A DNA stretch of 62,011 bases, the filler included. It is 3 parts of 3 records of this genome, joined end to end, with 100 filler letters (N's around TTAATTAATTAA, not from the genome) between each part and the next. Parts side by side here need not be neighbours in the genome. Positions count along the whole stretch, not along the records: positions 52,558 to 62,011 come from DRR378314_1587; 2 more parts are not named here. The stretch is one strand, 5' to 3'. This document shows, piece by piece, positions 61,944 to 62,011 of this stretch. Made by a program: the position numbers and the translations under genes. The stretch's first letter is position 1. Each line of letters begins with the position of its first letter. Under the pieces are notes generated by a model. The model was not told the origin of the DNA and did not search any database. It worked only from the letters and a program-made list of their open reading frames with translations.

Positions 61944-62011
61944 ACGCACCGATCCTTCGGATCCCACCTTCGCACTCGCCGATTTTCGAACTCACCCACT
62001 TTCAACCTCAA

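Overview
The window is three unrelated contigs joined by artificial 100-nt spacers (44 N + TTAATTAATTAA + 44 N, at 30205-30304 and 52458-52557), so gene neighbourhoods across the joins are not biological. Taxonomic calls below come from sequence style and gene order, not from a search. Contig A (1-30204, Marinobacter-like) is a conserved core locus: rpsT, murJ-ribF-ileS-lspA-fkpB-ispH, a type IVa minor-pilin operon (fimT-fimU-pilVWXY1Y2E) with pilSR, nadE, bamD, rluD-pgeF-clpB and ilvIH-ilvC (cut by the gap). Contig B (30305-52457, GC-richer, Alcanivorax-like) is a mixed lipid, redox and transport region: Rieske protein, lytic transglycosylase, FMN glutamate-synthase-like protein, glutathione reductase, cytochrome P450, orphan ParA, class III PhaC-like synthase with two hotdog thioesterases, MFS transporters, OmpA lipoprotein, GNAT, GlpD-like oxidoreductase, MerR, CPA1 antiporter, ybbAP-tesA and DUF924. 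Contig C (52558-62011, Roseobacter-group-like) holds the best candidate for an undescribed system: a translationally coupled operon of four soluble glycosyltransferases, a histidine phosphatase, a CE4-like deacetylase and a SAM methyltransferase, divergent from a large MscS channel. This is a plausible pathway for a modified sugar osmolyte or glycoside. Other notable signals are a multi-hairpin ~290-nt ilvI leader with no classical attenuator, a DARS-like head-to-head DnaA-box pair upstream of the orphan parA, AlgR-like and CRP/Vfr-like boxes before fimU, and a FimT carrying the GRxR DNA-uptake motif. I saw no tRNA, rRNA, CRISPR array, transposase or prophage.
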